Source: Rhina ancylostomus (Eukaryota). Taken from it: a stretch of 64,000 bases of DNA. Below the pieces are notes generated by a model. That model was not told the DNA's origin. It ran no database searches and worked only from the letters and a program-made list of their open reading frames with translations. Shown one piece after another: positions 51,101 through 63,725 of this stretch. The stretch spans positions 86,286,833-86,350,832 of the forward strand of contig JARFYF010000104.1 in the NCBI GenBank assembly GCA_030265395.1, written 5' to 3'. Position 1 is the first letter of the stretch. Every line of letters starts with the position of its first letter. The position numbers and the translations under genes are program-made.

Positions 51101-52583
51101 ATCAGTTTATCCCACGATGGAGAGGCGTTCACTTGAAATAAACACAAAAAATCATCAACACGACCTCAGGAGCGTCAGGGAACGTTTTGGGTCAATCCGC
51201 TTTTGCTTTTCAAAACACGTAAATCTGGGCAGATCAAATGCCGTTTAATGCAACACTTTCACGTCATTCTGCAAAGTGAGGGATTTAGACACGATCCCTT
51301 TTTACTGCAAATAATGCAAACAAAAACTTCGCAAACGGCGTCGAACGTGAAGCACGATGCAACTTCAACCTCCCCCCCCCCAAAAAAAACCCGGAATTCA
51401 ATCAATCTGGCAGATTGGAAGGCAGAACCACGGACACATCTCTCAGGAAAGGGAGGTGTTGAGGGAGGATTTGGCCGGGTGCAGGGCGCAGTTTTGGCGA
51501 TCAGAACGTGCAGGTCGTTGACATTTCAATCCGCCGACAGCTTCCTAATTGATTGCCCTAAAACAGTTTAAATTTGCTGAGCTCATGTCGCCCGCCAGGT
51601 GATAAAATATCAGATCTTCACCTTTGCCCCTCACCCCTTCAACTAGATTTAACCTCGGAGATAAGGTTTAGACCAAAACAAACTGAGGGAGGACACCGAA
51701 CTTCACTGATCTGGGAACTAGCTATTTTCATTGAAAGTATACTCGTTATATTCACTCGTGTCTTACGGTGGGAGGAGCGGCGATGCATTTGCAAATGAAT
51801 TGAGCAATCGAGCTGATTTGAACAGTATTATAAAATAAAACAGACGCTGATTTAATGTTTAAAAACGCAGGCTTAATTTGTGACTTGCAGCCAGTTAACT
51901 TTTAAAGGGTCTTCATGTACATAAACATCCCTAATATGCTGTGTTATTTGCACATTTTATGTTTTCTTGAAAAAATAAAAACCTCAGTAAAGACATCATT
52001 GACACACGACTCAAGGGATGGTTTGTGCCCGGCCACACAGTCGTTTCCTTCCCATATATTTATAATGCTATATTTAAATAATTTGTTCAAAAATGAGATG
52101 TTGAATCTCGCTACGCCAGTGATTTATGTATTTAATATCTCACTGCGGAGATACGTAACCCAGCGTTAATAGTAAGGAAACAAGGCCAACTCGTTCTCTT
52201 GCCATCAGTAAACTGTTCTTGTATTTTACGGTAAGGTATTCAGTCGAAGAAAGAACTGTCAGAAATAATTGTTGATCTGAGGAATTAACGATTAGAAATT
52301 GAGTGGGTCGGGGCCATTAGCGGCTTCACAGAGCTCCGAGAATGCATATTTTCCGTTTATGGGGTACAGCGATCTGCTAACATCACGTTAAGAAAATCAC
52401 TCAATTGTCAGTAACTGGTTTACCGTAACCGTAGCTTTAAACCAATAAAGTACACAACTGAAAGATAAATTGTTATTCCAAAAAACTGTCCGCTTTATTT
52501 TTCCCATCCTGTTTTCATTTTCATTATCTTTGTTTTGTAATTTTTATTAATCAAAGTAAATCGAATATTTCTAAATATTCTCT

Positions 52584-54267
52584 CTGAAATGCTTGCATTC
52601 TTTTTTGTTTTAACTAGTTGCTTTGAGGATGAGATCAACCTTTTTAAAGATCTAGATTTGATTACCTGAAACCAATGATTGAATGGTGATGTCTAAACCT
52701 ACTTTTAAACCCACACTCAAAATTTCTCTTCAGAAATCCATCCCTGCATAAGACGCCAAAGTGACCCCTCATAAAAAAAGCCTCAACACTGACCCCCATA
52801 TACCCCAAAAACCCTTCAGACTTAACTGGGCTCAAATAATTCCTTTAATAGTCCGAAGATCAGCTCTGAAAACCTCAACTGCTTAGGATTCAGTTGGTTG
52901 TAAAAATACTTCACAGAGACTGTAAACAAAAACAAAACTTTTTGTGAATCATCAGGTGGGAAANNNNNNNNNNNNNNNNNNNNNNNNNNNNNNNNNNNNN
53001 NNNNNNNNGAGCAGATACAGATAGCTTGCAACTTAACATTTGTTGCACATAATTTGTTCAAGAAACGGCCCAAGTTTGGAAATGACAAATTCTATACTTG
53101 TCTGCTTTTCATTGATTCAACACACAAAGCAGAAAGCTTCAAACAGGCATCCTTATGCTTTACTGAAATCTTAATGGCAATTGTACACTTATGTGGATTG
53201 ATAGTTTCAATTTGTTTGTTCTCAGGATGTGGGTGATGCTGGCAAGGCAAGGCCACATTTATTGGTCATTCCTGGTAGTTATGCAACTGTGGGTTGCTAG
53301 GCTACTTAAGAAGGCATTAAGAGTCAGTCTTGTAGGACTGAATCCTAACGTTCCCACATGTGAGTGGATTGGATTTAGGGGTTCAGCAGCATGCAACACA
53401 GCTAACAGTGGGTTTGTTAGTGACTTGCTAACAACTTCAGTTACCCAACCAAATAGGTTGAGTGGTGTGATGATGATGCGCATAATTCAACTTCAGTTTC
53501 ACTGTTTGATGAGACATTACAGACATGGCAATTGACAGGTCTGTAGTCGGTTACTTAACACAATGAAGATAAAATATGGAGTGCTAAGAAGCCACGGTTG
53601 GTCTTTGATTCAGGATGTTGTCCTGCAGGGCAGTGGTCTGACAGGAATATCATATCTTCTGACGGGACAAAGAAGCCTGTTGGAGACATAGAGCAAGCAC
53701 CCTTGGTGAGCATTCTGGGATATAGCAGCCTAACAACATCACCTGGATACAGGACACACTCAGCTACCTCTTGATGTGGGTATTACTTCAACCCCTCAAT
53801 CTAGCCAAACTCCCTAACATTGCTCCCTATGGCATCCCTTCTAACCCAGTCTGTTTTTCTGCACATCCCCATATCCTTAATCACTCTCACATTTAACCAC
53901 AGTCTCATGAATTGCCTCCACAGGTACCAGTACCCTAGAGATAAGGGAACACATGACCTCAGAAATGGGGAGATGGGTCTCGCAGCTACCCGAGACCAGC
54001 TCCTCTGGCTGTCACCTCATCCATCACATTAAACGTGCATTCCCTTCATCACTTGCCCAGAGAATGCAGTGTGTTTCATCGACAAAATACAGGCAGCAGA
54101 AGATGTGCGGCAGCTTGGTGACTGGAAGCAGCTCTGCAGCTTGTTGCTCGCTGGAGAGTGCGGGATGATGGTGAGCTCGCTGAAATGTTTGCATTCTTTT
54201 TGATTCAGCTAATTGCTTTGGGGATGAGATCAACTTTTTGAAAGATTTAGATTTAGCTGAAACCAAT
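52584..54267 (+). repeat. ~90-bp imperfect direct repeat pair (52584-52676 and 54180-54267)
   Basis: ctgaaatg(c/t)ttgcattcttttt..ttgctttg(a/g)ggatgagatcaac..aaagat(c/t)tagattt..ctgaaaccaat occurs twice, ~1.6 kb apart. Confidence 0.85.
53215..53440 (-). mobile_element. Old chondrichthyan SINE 3' part
   Basis: Reverse complement tgactcttaatgcc..gcctagcaacccacagttg..caataaatgtggccttgc..cagcatcacccacatcctgag; the tail is related to the LINE end at ~62475. Confidence 0.55.
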
Positions 54268-55634
54268 TAAACCTTATCTATATCACCCATTACCTAATGC
54301 ATTTCTAAAGTTTCTGATGGAATCCCAAAGCAAAGAAGTTGAGGGCAGTGGTGACTTTGTCAATCACCAGCAAGTTATCACCTCCAGACTGTAGTTCTTA
54401 TTCTAGAAGGCTGCAAATAAAGGTTGCTCCCTAATGTGGTATCTGGAGCCTCCTGTGACACTGATGTTTGGACACTGAGGAAGCCAGCTGTGGTATGGTT
54501 TCCCATTCCTGGTGCAGCTGGAAGTGGAGCAGGAGAAGTGTGCTGCTCTTCTGGAGAATCCTGCTGGTGTTTGTGGCTGAGTTCTAAATGTGAACTGCAG
54601 CAATGTTATCTGATCACTGAGAGCTGCCAAGTGCAGTCTGCCTGTAGGCACCTCCAGAGTGGGTAAGTTGAATGGCAGCATTTTGAAAACTTAGTTCAAA
54701 CTTAAAAAAAAGTCTTAAACAAATTTGCTTGAGAGTAGATAGTTTTACTTGTTAATGGATTTGCCTCTCAGATCTATAGCTTCCCCCAAAGCTGCAGTTT
54801 TCTAGCCTGATTTTCACTGTCAGGTTCCAGAAAGCTCAGGAAACCCATGTGTACTGAGTTAAAAGTTCAACACTGCTGGTTAAAATTGCTGTTTGTGAGC
54901 ATTTAATGTACTGAAATTGGCAATCCACCTCCTGCATGCAGCCTGATGTGCTCAGGTTAGTTGCAGGGGCCAATGAATTGGAAGCAGATCCTGGATAACC
55001 CACTGCTAAATCCAGAAGTTGAAATCTAGGCCTTGATGTAGGAGACTCTTGTGAAGCTTGACCCATGGAGGTGATAAGTCCATTTCCTGAAAAATTTTTC
55101 TATGGTTCTGGCTTGCAATTTGCCAGATTTATTGAATTCCAGTTTTTCTGGTCATAACAGTAGGAATTCAAAGTGCTGATGTTTGGGCTGCTAAGGTAAA
55201 AATATAACTAATTCACAGTGATAACATTTTTATTCATATTTTCCTGTTGGAAGCCACATTTACAGATTGGAAACATTTCCTGTTTCCAATGTAAATGCCA
55301 TATGTAACATCGATGCATGGACAATAATCATCCCTTTAACGATTGTTTATGCAATTCTCTGTGGCCTTTTATTGCAACAGTCTTTTGGGTACAGAAAGCT
55401 CCAGAGGAGATTATTGGAAACAAAGCAACTATAAGCATTTCAGTGGCTTTGCAAGATGTTTCAAGAGTAATGAACCTTTGTTTAACTTACTGTTTCTAGC
55501 CTCAAAGACTGTGAATAAAGAGGGTACTGAGCCTCTAATCACAAGGGGGATCCAGTATTTAGGGCATGTTCTCAGCTTTTTCCTCGTGCAGTTATGGTAT
55601 CTTCTGATATTTCTGTTTCAAGTCTGAAAGCAAC

Positions 55635-55700
55635 TAAGTCCAATACAGCACTGAGGGAGTGTTGCATCGTTGAAGGTGCAGGCTTTTGGATAAGACATTA
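55635..55700 (+). mobile_element. DeuSINE Deu-domain fragment
   Basis: cagcactgagggagtgttgcatcgttgaaggtgcaggcttttggataagacatta. Confidence 0.6.
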
Positions 55701-55891
55701 GAATCAGGTTTATTATCACTGACTTATATGGTGTGAAATTTGTTTTTTTGTAGCAGCAGTACAGATACATAAAATTACTATAAGTTTAAAAAAAATAAAT
55801 AGTGCAGAATAAAAGGAATTATGAGATAGCGTTCATGGATTAATGGACCATTCAGAAATCTGATGGCGGAGGGGAAGAAGCTCTTCCTGAA
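55701..55891 (-). mobile_element. Rex1/Babar-type LINE 3' end (second family)
   Basis: Minus strand FRKSFFPSAIRFLNG, followed by a 3' UTR ending aatttcacaccatataagtcagtgataataaacctgattc. Confidence 0.75.
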
Positions 55892-56117
55892 AAGCAGATC
55901 AGTGATAGGCGGACAAAAGAGGGGAGGTGGGGTCAGCACAAGGTGGTGATATGTCGATGCAGATTCACTGCTCTGCTTTTCCCTCCTATACATTGGGATA
56001 CCCCCTTTTCCTATCTTCAGCCCAGAAGAAGGGTCCTGACCCGAAACGCTGACTGCCTGCTTTTCTCCACGGATGCTGCCTGTCCTGCTGAGTTCCTCCA
56101 GCATCATTGTGTTTTAA
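55891..56117 (+). mobile_element. Penelope-like 3' end with inverted 5' segment and mutated hammerhead
   Basis: 55891-55961 is in minus orientation and 55963-56117 in plus orientation; both match the 41770-42160 copy. The core reads CAGAAGA-A-GGGUCCUGACCC-GAAACGCU (56023-56050), with two core substitutions. Confidence 0.85.
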
Positions 56118-56119
56118 AT

Positions 56120-56379
56120 TTACTGGAGGAACTCGACGGGTTGAGCAGCATCTGTGGGAGGAAAGGAATTGTCGAAACCCTGCATCAGGACCGAGAGCGG
56201 AGAGGCAAGAGGAGGAGGGGACTGGTGGGATAGGGGTCTGAGGTGATTGTGGACTGAGGAGGGGTGTAAGATGACAGGCAGGTTGTGCCTGATATTCTGC
56301 CTGGGTAGTCTACAACCCAGTTGCATGAACATTGAGTTTTCCAATCTTAGATAACCCTCCCCTCCGGTGGGTTGTTTCC
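56120..56379. mobile_element. Penelope-like fragment with internal inversion
   Basis: A minus-orientation 3' UTR (56120-56288) is joined to a plus-orientation GIY-YIG C-terminus LIFCLGSLQPSCMNIEFSNLR* (56289-56355). Confidence 0.8.
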
Positions 56380-56699
56380 NNNNNNNNNNNNNNNNNNNNN
56401 NNNNNNNNNNNNNNNNNNNNNNNNNNNNNNNNNNNNNNNNNNNNNNNNNNNNNNNNNNNNNNNNNNNNNNNNNNNNNNNGTCTCATTTGCATCCTTCCCA
56501 ATTCTCTCTAAGTAATCAGTTGAAAGCCCCTCTCAGAGAAAGTGTTGTATCATATGCAATGCACCATTACTGATTCAGCTGACACTTCAGGTACATAAAT
56601 GTGGCAAATGCTGGACTGTTTTCAGCACATTATGAGCTCCATCATTATGTCAAAAACACAGGAATATAGGAGCAATTATGATTAAACTTCTTTATTTTT

Positions 56700-57265
56700 A
56701 AACTTCAACCCTTTTGCAATAAAAGCCAAAGTGCCCTCTTAATTACTTGCTGCAGCTACCTGCTAACTTAATGCACTGGAATACCCAGATCCCTCTGTGC
56801 TTCACTCAGTTGCACTCTCTCTCCATTTAGATAATAAACCACCTTTTAACTCTTCCTACCAAAGTGCATGACCTCACACTTTCTCACACAGACTTCCATT
56901 TGCTAAATTCTTACCCAATCATTCAGTCTATCTACATCCCATTGAAAAGTCATGAGACCCTCATCACAATATTCCCCCTATTTTTGTGTCATTGGCAAGC
57001 TTGGATACCTTCCACTTTGTCACTAACTATTGTACTTTGTTCTATTTTGTCATTAACATAACTAGTAAATAATTGAGGGCCAGCAACAAATCCCTGAGGT
57101 GCTCCACTGGTTACATCCTTCTGCCCTGAAAAAAACCTATCTTTTCCAACTCACTGTCTTCTGTGTGAGAGTCAGTTTTTGATCCATACTAACGTACTTC
57201 CTCCGATACCATGACCTCTTAATTTATGCACCAGCCTCTTATGCGGGACCTTGTCAGATGCCAAA
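56700..57265 (-). mobile_element. Degenerate CR1 reverse-transcriptase fragment
   Basis: acccagatccctctg, ctaccaaagtgcatgacctcacactt, aattgagggccagcaacaaatccctgaggtgctccactggttaca (reverse strand VTSGAPQGFVAGPQLF). Confidence 0.8.
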
Positions 57266-57409
57266 GACCCTGTTTAGTCATTACTATGGTCCAAGCATGC
57301 ATCTCATTGCATTCCAACTAATTTTTGGTTTGCAGATCATGCAAAAATATCAAAGTTCAACAAGTTGGGCAATCGTAGATTGGTGCAGGATGTACAGACA
57401 CAGTTTACC

Positions 57410-57885
57410 CATCGGCCTCTCCCCTCCGCCCTCCCCTATCTAGTTCTGGGTCCATCTGCCATTCACCTCTCCCCTAACGGTTCCCATTATCACCTCCTTT
57501 ACTTGTCAGAATCCAGCACCAGTACCCTTTGTGTTCCTGCTTATCTCTGTCCAGCAGCTGTCTCCCACCTTCTCACTCCCTACTCCTGCCTTGCTCCATC
57601 TGCTTCTCAATATGTTTTTTCTCCCTCTCTCTGCCTGCCTCCATCTATCATTCACCTGCCACTGTCTCCCATCTCCATCCCTTACCTGGCACAACCAGCC
57701 TGTCAAGTTATACCCTTCCTCTGTCCACCAATCACCTTGGACTCCTGTCTCACCACTCCCCTCCTCCTCTTTACACTGGCCATCTCACCTCTCCCCTCTC
57801 AGTCCCGATGCAGGGTTTCAACAATTCCTTTCCTCCCACAGATGCTGCTTGATCTGCTGATTTCCTCCAGCAGATTGTTTGATGC
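57410..57885 (+). mobile_element. Penelope-like 3' UTR/pLTR
   Basis: Pyrimidine-rich UTR ending agtcccgatgcagggtttcaacaattcctttcctcccacagatgctgcttgatctgctgatttcctccagcag; inverted relative to the same-family copy at 56120-56288. Confidence 0.82.
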
Positions 57886-59413
57886 TTTGAGTTCTAGATA
57901 ACTTTGATAATGAGTACATTGCGAATATACTTCATTAGCTGCAAGTGGCTGGGCACATCCTTAAGAGTGCAATTTTTTTTAAGAAAAGGTAGTTTCTTGC
58001 TGCATTCAGATTTGACCTTTCTTTGCCCGTAGCCTCATAATGACAGCTTCGTCTCTCTCCTCACAGCTGCTAATGTCTCCAGCAGGTGCTCTTCCTCCTG
58101 ACCCCTGGTTACTTCCGTGCTTTCAGGGCCAGGGTTGTACTGCTGTTTAGCTGCTGAATGCTTGTGTTAGTTTCGTCCTTGGATATTTCTTCAGATACTT
58201 CCTTCAAGTATTTTTTTTAAACTCCTTAAACGTGGACCCTGGAGCCTTTGACTGCATGTAAAATTTAAATGCAAATATCTGTTTAATTACCATATATTGC
58301 AGACTCTGTTACTAGCAGACCTTAGAATACTGATTTAGGATTTTTCCACATATGCAGAAATGGTGCTTGGAGCAACTCAAATAAACTTCTATGCCCAAAA
58401 TATTCAAAACAGATAACCCAACAAGTAAGCATTAAAAGTGCCAACGAAACTTGCATGCTTATGAGACACCTCGCCAGTGTTTTATTGCTGTACAAATACC
58501 CCCAGCCATTGTTTGGGCAACCCATTAATTGCAGATTAAGTCCTTGTTCTTTCATTTTCTCCTCTTTTCCTTCTTGCTCCTTTTGCTGTTGCACCTGTGC
58601 AAGCTACAAATAACTCTCCAGTCTCTCGTCAGCCATCCTCCTAGCTTTCTCAATGTTCAGGTGGCATAATCCAATTTTCTTTTTTTTCGCTGAGTTCCTT
58701 TGTTTGTCATTCCCTTTGCAGTTTTCATTGGCTTTGCAAGACCGTAAATTGCCCCTGTCCTTGCCTCCCTCCTCTGACAGCTGTTTGACATCCTGCACCC
58801 TCTGGAGCCATCAGTATTCAAACCATGGGTGTCAAGGCACAGCTGTCACTGCTTCTGCTCAGCTCAGCTACTTTCTGCTTTTTTTTTCGTGCCCAACATG
58901 TTCTTCTGTGACAGGGAAAAAATCTTTTCTACCTACAAAGAAAGTCACATTACCAGTATATAAGTGAGAGGTGGCCCAGATCTTTCTCTTTGATTTCCCT
59001 ATTGTTACCGAGGTAATGTTGAGACAGATTTTCAGATTTGACAGATTGTTGTCACTCACAGATTACTATTTGTTTTAGGATGGTTCACTAGCAGCTCTTA
59101 TTTATTTAGATGTTTGATTATACATTATATGCAAGTAACTATCAGCATAACCGGCTTTTCTGTCGAGGCATTGGAAATAACATTAGCATTACATATGGTG
59201 TCTATGGGTTCTAGGATTGAAATGGCTTCGTTTTATGTTTTGGATTGTGCTTCCTTTGTTTTGGGTTTGAGATGGGTAATTTTACATATAGGTTTAGTAC
59301 AATGGACCTTTTTTTTGAGATGTTGATTGCCTTTCATTAGCTGCATCTACTTGCTCTAACTCTGCAGGCTTTGGTGTAACCACACTTGGAGGACCATGTA
59401 CAGATTACACTCC

Positions 59414-59454
59414 TTGCTTTAGATATCTTTGCTTTAGAGATCTTTGCTTTAGAG
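59414..59454 (+). repeat. 15-bp tandem repeat (~2.7 copies)
   Basis: ttgctttagatatct ttgctttagagatct ttgctttagag. Confidence 0.85.
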
Positions 59455-60619
59455 GTGTTGCTGTGCAGTTTCACTAGATTGATTCTTGATTGTCTTACGA
59501 GGAAAGGCGAAGCAGAATGGAGCTCCAAGTGCTCGAATTAAGAAAAGCTAAGTGATCGTATAGAAACATATGAAATTCTCAAAGATATGGTGGAAGATTA
59601 TATGCCTACTGTAAATTACCCTTTAGAATGAATTATAGGATTGAATGGAAAAAATAAGAGGAGTGGTTCTAATGGGATTACTCTCTTGGGAGCTGGCATT
59701 GTCATAGTGGGCTGAATGGCCTTTCTCTAAATCATAATAAGTAAATGATTAAAATTTGGATAAGGATTTTATGGTTCTAGGAAGATTAGGTTCAAATTAT
59801 GACAAATTCTTGGTCAGAAACCATTCCGTCATTAAAATGGGTAAGGTAAGCTTGTCTTCAGTGATAGGCCTACATTTTTACAGCTCATTTGGTCTGACGG
59901 ACTGTTTTCCCCACCAGGTTTAAATGGCAACTCACCATCGGACAGTAAAACTGATAACCTCAGTGACACCGACACAATAGGGGAGAGCGACCTCTAGCAG
60001 TAAGCTCATTTCTGCACCAGATAGATCAAGTCTTCAGCAAGACAACTTTCATTGCCCCAAGTCTCAGATTAATGAGTTAATCCTTTCTCTGTTGTGCCTT
60101 CAGATTTTATTAACTGTTGCAAATAGCGATTTTTAGTAGACTTACCAGTGAAAACAGTCTGCTCCAATCTCCACCAGACATCTGGTACAGTATATTGCAA
60201 ATGGCACCTGGGTGAATTATAGCTAATGCTATATTACTCTCTGAACTTCAAAATTATAAAATTCACATCATTTCAGTTCTTAATAGAACATCTCAGTACA
60301 AGAAAATTGTGGTTCATAATTCTGCGCAAACATGTGTTATGTCTTAATAAAAGTAGGGGAAAGAGTTAAACATTAACACAATATCACATTCTCTTAAACT
60401 GAACATTTCAAAGCTGCAGGTTCCCATGATTTTGGTTAATTATGGAATGAAACAATGATTCTGTGTTTTGTTATAATCATACTGACTTAATTTGGCAATA
60501 ACTTGGTCACACTATTCCAGGTATACACACATTCTGTTTCATGTTAAGGGAAGAAACTTTACTGGCCTCCAAACTATTCTCATTGATAAAGTAATTATGT
60601 GTGCCTCTGCACTGATTAA

Positions 60620-60800
60620 AATGCCTTTCCTGAGTTTTGAATCTCTCAAAGCACTTCACAACCAATGAAGTATTTTTAGCATGGTCACTTTTGCAATCCA
60701 ATCAATTTGCATACAGCAAGCTCCCTCCATCAAACTAATGATTAGATAATCTGTTTACCAAGTGGAGACTGAAAGAAAAATATTGGCAAGGAGATGGCTG
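60620..60800 (-). mobile_element. DeuSINE (SacSINE1-like) 3' portion
   Basis: ctcaaagcacttcacaaccaatgaagtatttt..caatttgcatacagcaagctccc..agataatctgttt..aaatattggcaagga. Confidence 0.65.
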
Positions 60801-62474
60801 AATCTTGCACATGTTTGTCCTGAATTTGACCAGCTGGCCTTGAAACAACTCCCACATGTCAGATGTGGACTTGCTTATTAAGAGATGCTCCCAATCCACT
60901 TTCCCCAGCTCCACCCATTGCTGTTGTGATTAGCCTTTCCCCAAGGTTCCAGTCTTATTCTTATGCACAGCTATCTGAAAATTTAGAGTAATGATCATTG
61001 TTCCCAAAATGCTCTCCCACTGAAATTCTGACCACCTGGCCAGGCTCACTTCCCAATACAAGATCTAATATGGCCCATTCCCAAGCTGGAATATCTGCAT
61101 ACTGTTTCAAGAACACCCCCCACCCAACCAAAGTAATACCAGCACTTTACATTTTGGGATGTGTATTTTCTTTAATGAGTTGTGTGCTACTGAAAAATTT
61201 TGTTTTCTGTAGTATTTGATATAATGTGAAAAGCCAATGTTTTTATTATATATTAAATTAAATTTCATAGTTCAGGTAATGCACTTGGGCCCACTGTGAT
61301 AATGGGGCATTAACACATTGAAAGTAGCTGAGCAAACTGAACGTGGAGTAATTTCCTAACTTGCTTTTTGATGCAAATGTTCTCTCATGATGTTTGTTGG
61401 ATCCCTGAATTCCGGGGAAGTATCTTCTGGATTGGAAACTGCTGGTGGGAAGCTTGCCAATGTGAGAAAATGGAAACAAGATGTAATTAACTTGTCAAAA
61501 CATAGTTTCACAATTAGTTGTTTGCAAATCACAAAGTACATGCTGTAATTTAAATATCATAATTGTAGTAAAATCCTTTTCATTGTACTTTTATCTAAGT
61601 TTCCCTGTGGCTCAGTGAGTTAGTTGCTAGGTACTTTATTTGGGCTAGGCTTCATGTGTTGGCTGCTCTCGGTTATGGTGAAGCTGCTGTCACTGGGCTT
61701 TAATGACCCTAAACTAGGGACTGGAAATATCAGCTTCCAGTTCATGGTGGCTGGAGGTTTGTGGAATTCGATGAACTCTAATTACTGTGTTGGCAATCCT
61801 TGTCCAATGCCACCATAAAGAATCAAAACTTGTGTAACAGATGCCCGTGATACAGTATTAGCTGGTGCCTTAAAGGAAATAAATAAATATGGTGAAAAGA
61901 AGATAACAAATTTTTTTATGAAATGTGTTTAAAGCACAATGGTTTCCCATCTTCATTTTCTACTTTTGTCTGCGTACTAAGTATAAACAATTCAGCATTT
62001 GGCATGTGTGGAGAAATCTCTCAGACAACAAACAAACTAATTTGGTTGTGAATTATATCCTCTGATAACCCTTTATGAATTGTTTTGTACATTCCATTGG
62101 TGTATAGTATTTATCATGTAAATTTATTTTAATCTTCTTAACTTGCTCGTGTGCTGGAGCACTGCCCTGATTGTCAGGGACAATAATGAAGCATTCAGAA
62201 ATTCTAACCTGTGTTTTGGATGAAGAGATGTTAATCCTTTGATTCTTTAGTCCTGAGTGCAGTGTTGAATTGGCAGATGGCATTCTTGGGCTTTGTAGCA
62301 GTAGGATTTATAACAGTGATTTTTATGGCAGTGAGCTTTGCTTTGCAGTTTATAGGATGGGATTGATACTGATGGTTTGTAGCAGGTGGGGTTTGCAGAT
62401 ATTATATTAATGTGCTTTATAGCAGTGGGGATGACGAGTGGGATTTATAAAATATTGAAACAATGCTCTGTATT

Positions 62475-62810
62475 TTGGGATCTTGGTGTCATTGCAAAAA
62501 CCAACATTTATTGGCATTAAGAAGCTGAAGGTGAACGACTTGAACTACTGTAGTCCTCTCGTTGAAAGTATTCCTACAGTGCTGATGAATAAGGAGTGCT
62601 GGGACTTAGACATCAGGCCGCTGAAGGATTGGGCAATATATCTCCAACTCAGGATAGTGTGGCATGGAGGTGGTTATTTTCCCATGTGGCTGCTGCCAAT
62701 TTGTATTTAGGTGGTAGAGGTCATGGGTTTGTGAGGTGCGATTAGAATAACCTAGGTGGTGAGTAACTGTAGTGCATGTTGTTACAGACTACAGCTGGTG
62801 TCAGCTTGTT
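62475..62810 (-). mobile_element. Old LINE (CR1/L2 group) 3' end
   Basis: caacatttattg..ttgaactactgtagtcc..ttcctacagtgctg..tgaaggattgggcaatatatctccaactcaggat..taggtggtagaggtcatgggtttg, a common shark/ray LINE end as remembered. Confidence 0.6.
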
Positions 62811-62839
62811 GCAGGATGCCCATCCTCTGACCTGTTAAA

Positions 62840-63290
62840 TGTTCCTTCCAGTTCCACCTAATTCTGGATTTTAAGGTGAAGTCTCTTACTCTGGTTTTAT
62901 TCACCAGAAGAAATAGCTTCTAGCTACCAGGTTGATTTATTTGATTATTATAAACATCTCAATTTGTTCAACCCTAAATTCTCTAAGCTCCAGGAGAATA
63001 AGAGCTTTATCTAAACAATCTATCTTTGACCAATTGACCTAGATTTCATTCTGGTGAAACTGCACTGGACACCCTCCAAGTTCATTGTATCCTCCCTGAG
63101 AACACAGTCTTTAGGATTATATCTAACTAGAGCTTTATATAACTGTAACATAGCATCTACCTCTCTGCACTTCAGCCCCCATGAGATGAAGACCAACATT
63201 CCATTAGCCTTTTAAATTATCTCTTATCCTGCTCAAAACGTTGAGCGATTTCTGTATTTGAACTACCAAATCTCTTTAGTCCTGACATAT
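62840..63290 (-). mobile_element. Degenerate CR1 fragment
   Basis: cattctggtgaaactgcactggacaccctccaag..tatcctccctgag..gaccaacattccattagccttt are typical reverse-strand CR1 RT C-terminal motifs. Confidence 0.65.
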
Positions 63291-63725
63291 ATTTCATTCA
63301 TGCAAAAGGACTTGCATTTACATAGTGCCTATCACAGATACAAGAAAAAGGCTTTTCTTTCTACTGGTTGAGAATTGGAAATGATCCCATGTAGTTTCAA
63401 CACAGCTTCTCATAGATGCAACTCAGGAGCACAAGTGACTAAGCAGAAGCTGGTAATTCTATTTGGAAGAGCTTTCAGTGCCTGGTTTGGAAAAAAGTGG
63501 TGGGGGTTGGGGCAGAAAATTATGGGTGCCATTTGCAAAGATGTATCTTTGAATACAATATTCTTCACTAAAAATGGGAAAATTATTCTTTCTATCTTAT
63601 AGTGTGCCTTTTGGCCTCTCCTGTCCATGCTGACCAGCAGGTAATTATTTCCACCAATCCCATTTGCTCGCACTTGGTCCATAGCCTCTGTGCCTTGGTG
63701 ACTGAAGTGCCTGTACTGATACTTG

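Larger units (their letters stand above)
48190..52490. promoter_or_regulatory. CpG-retaining domain (CpG-island-like) downstream of efna5
   Basis: CG dinucleotides are visibly frequent across ~4.3 kb, against strong depletion in the rest of the window. No recognisable transposons. GC-rich peak at 50870-51110. Not quantified. Confidence 0.75.

Noticed and set aside
56018-56055. Active hammerhead ribozyme
   Set aside because: The core reads CAGAAGA (U4->A) and the cleavage triplet is GCU (U16.1->C), so it is predicted inactive.
57365-57901. 178-aa Pro/Ser/Leu-rich ORF
   Set aside because: Stop-poor pyrimidine-rich Penelope 3' UTR; low complexity, no domain.
62290-62450. Degenerate ~15-bp tttatagcagtggg repeats
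   Set aside because: Decayed minisatellite with no sign of function.
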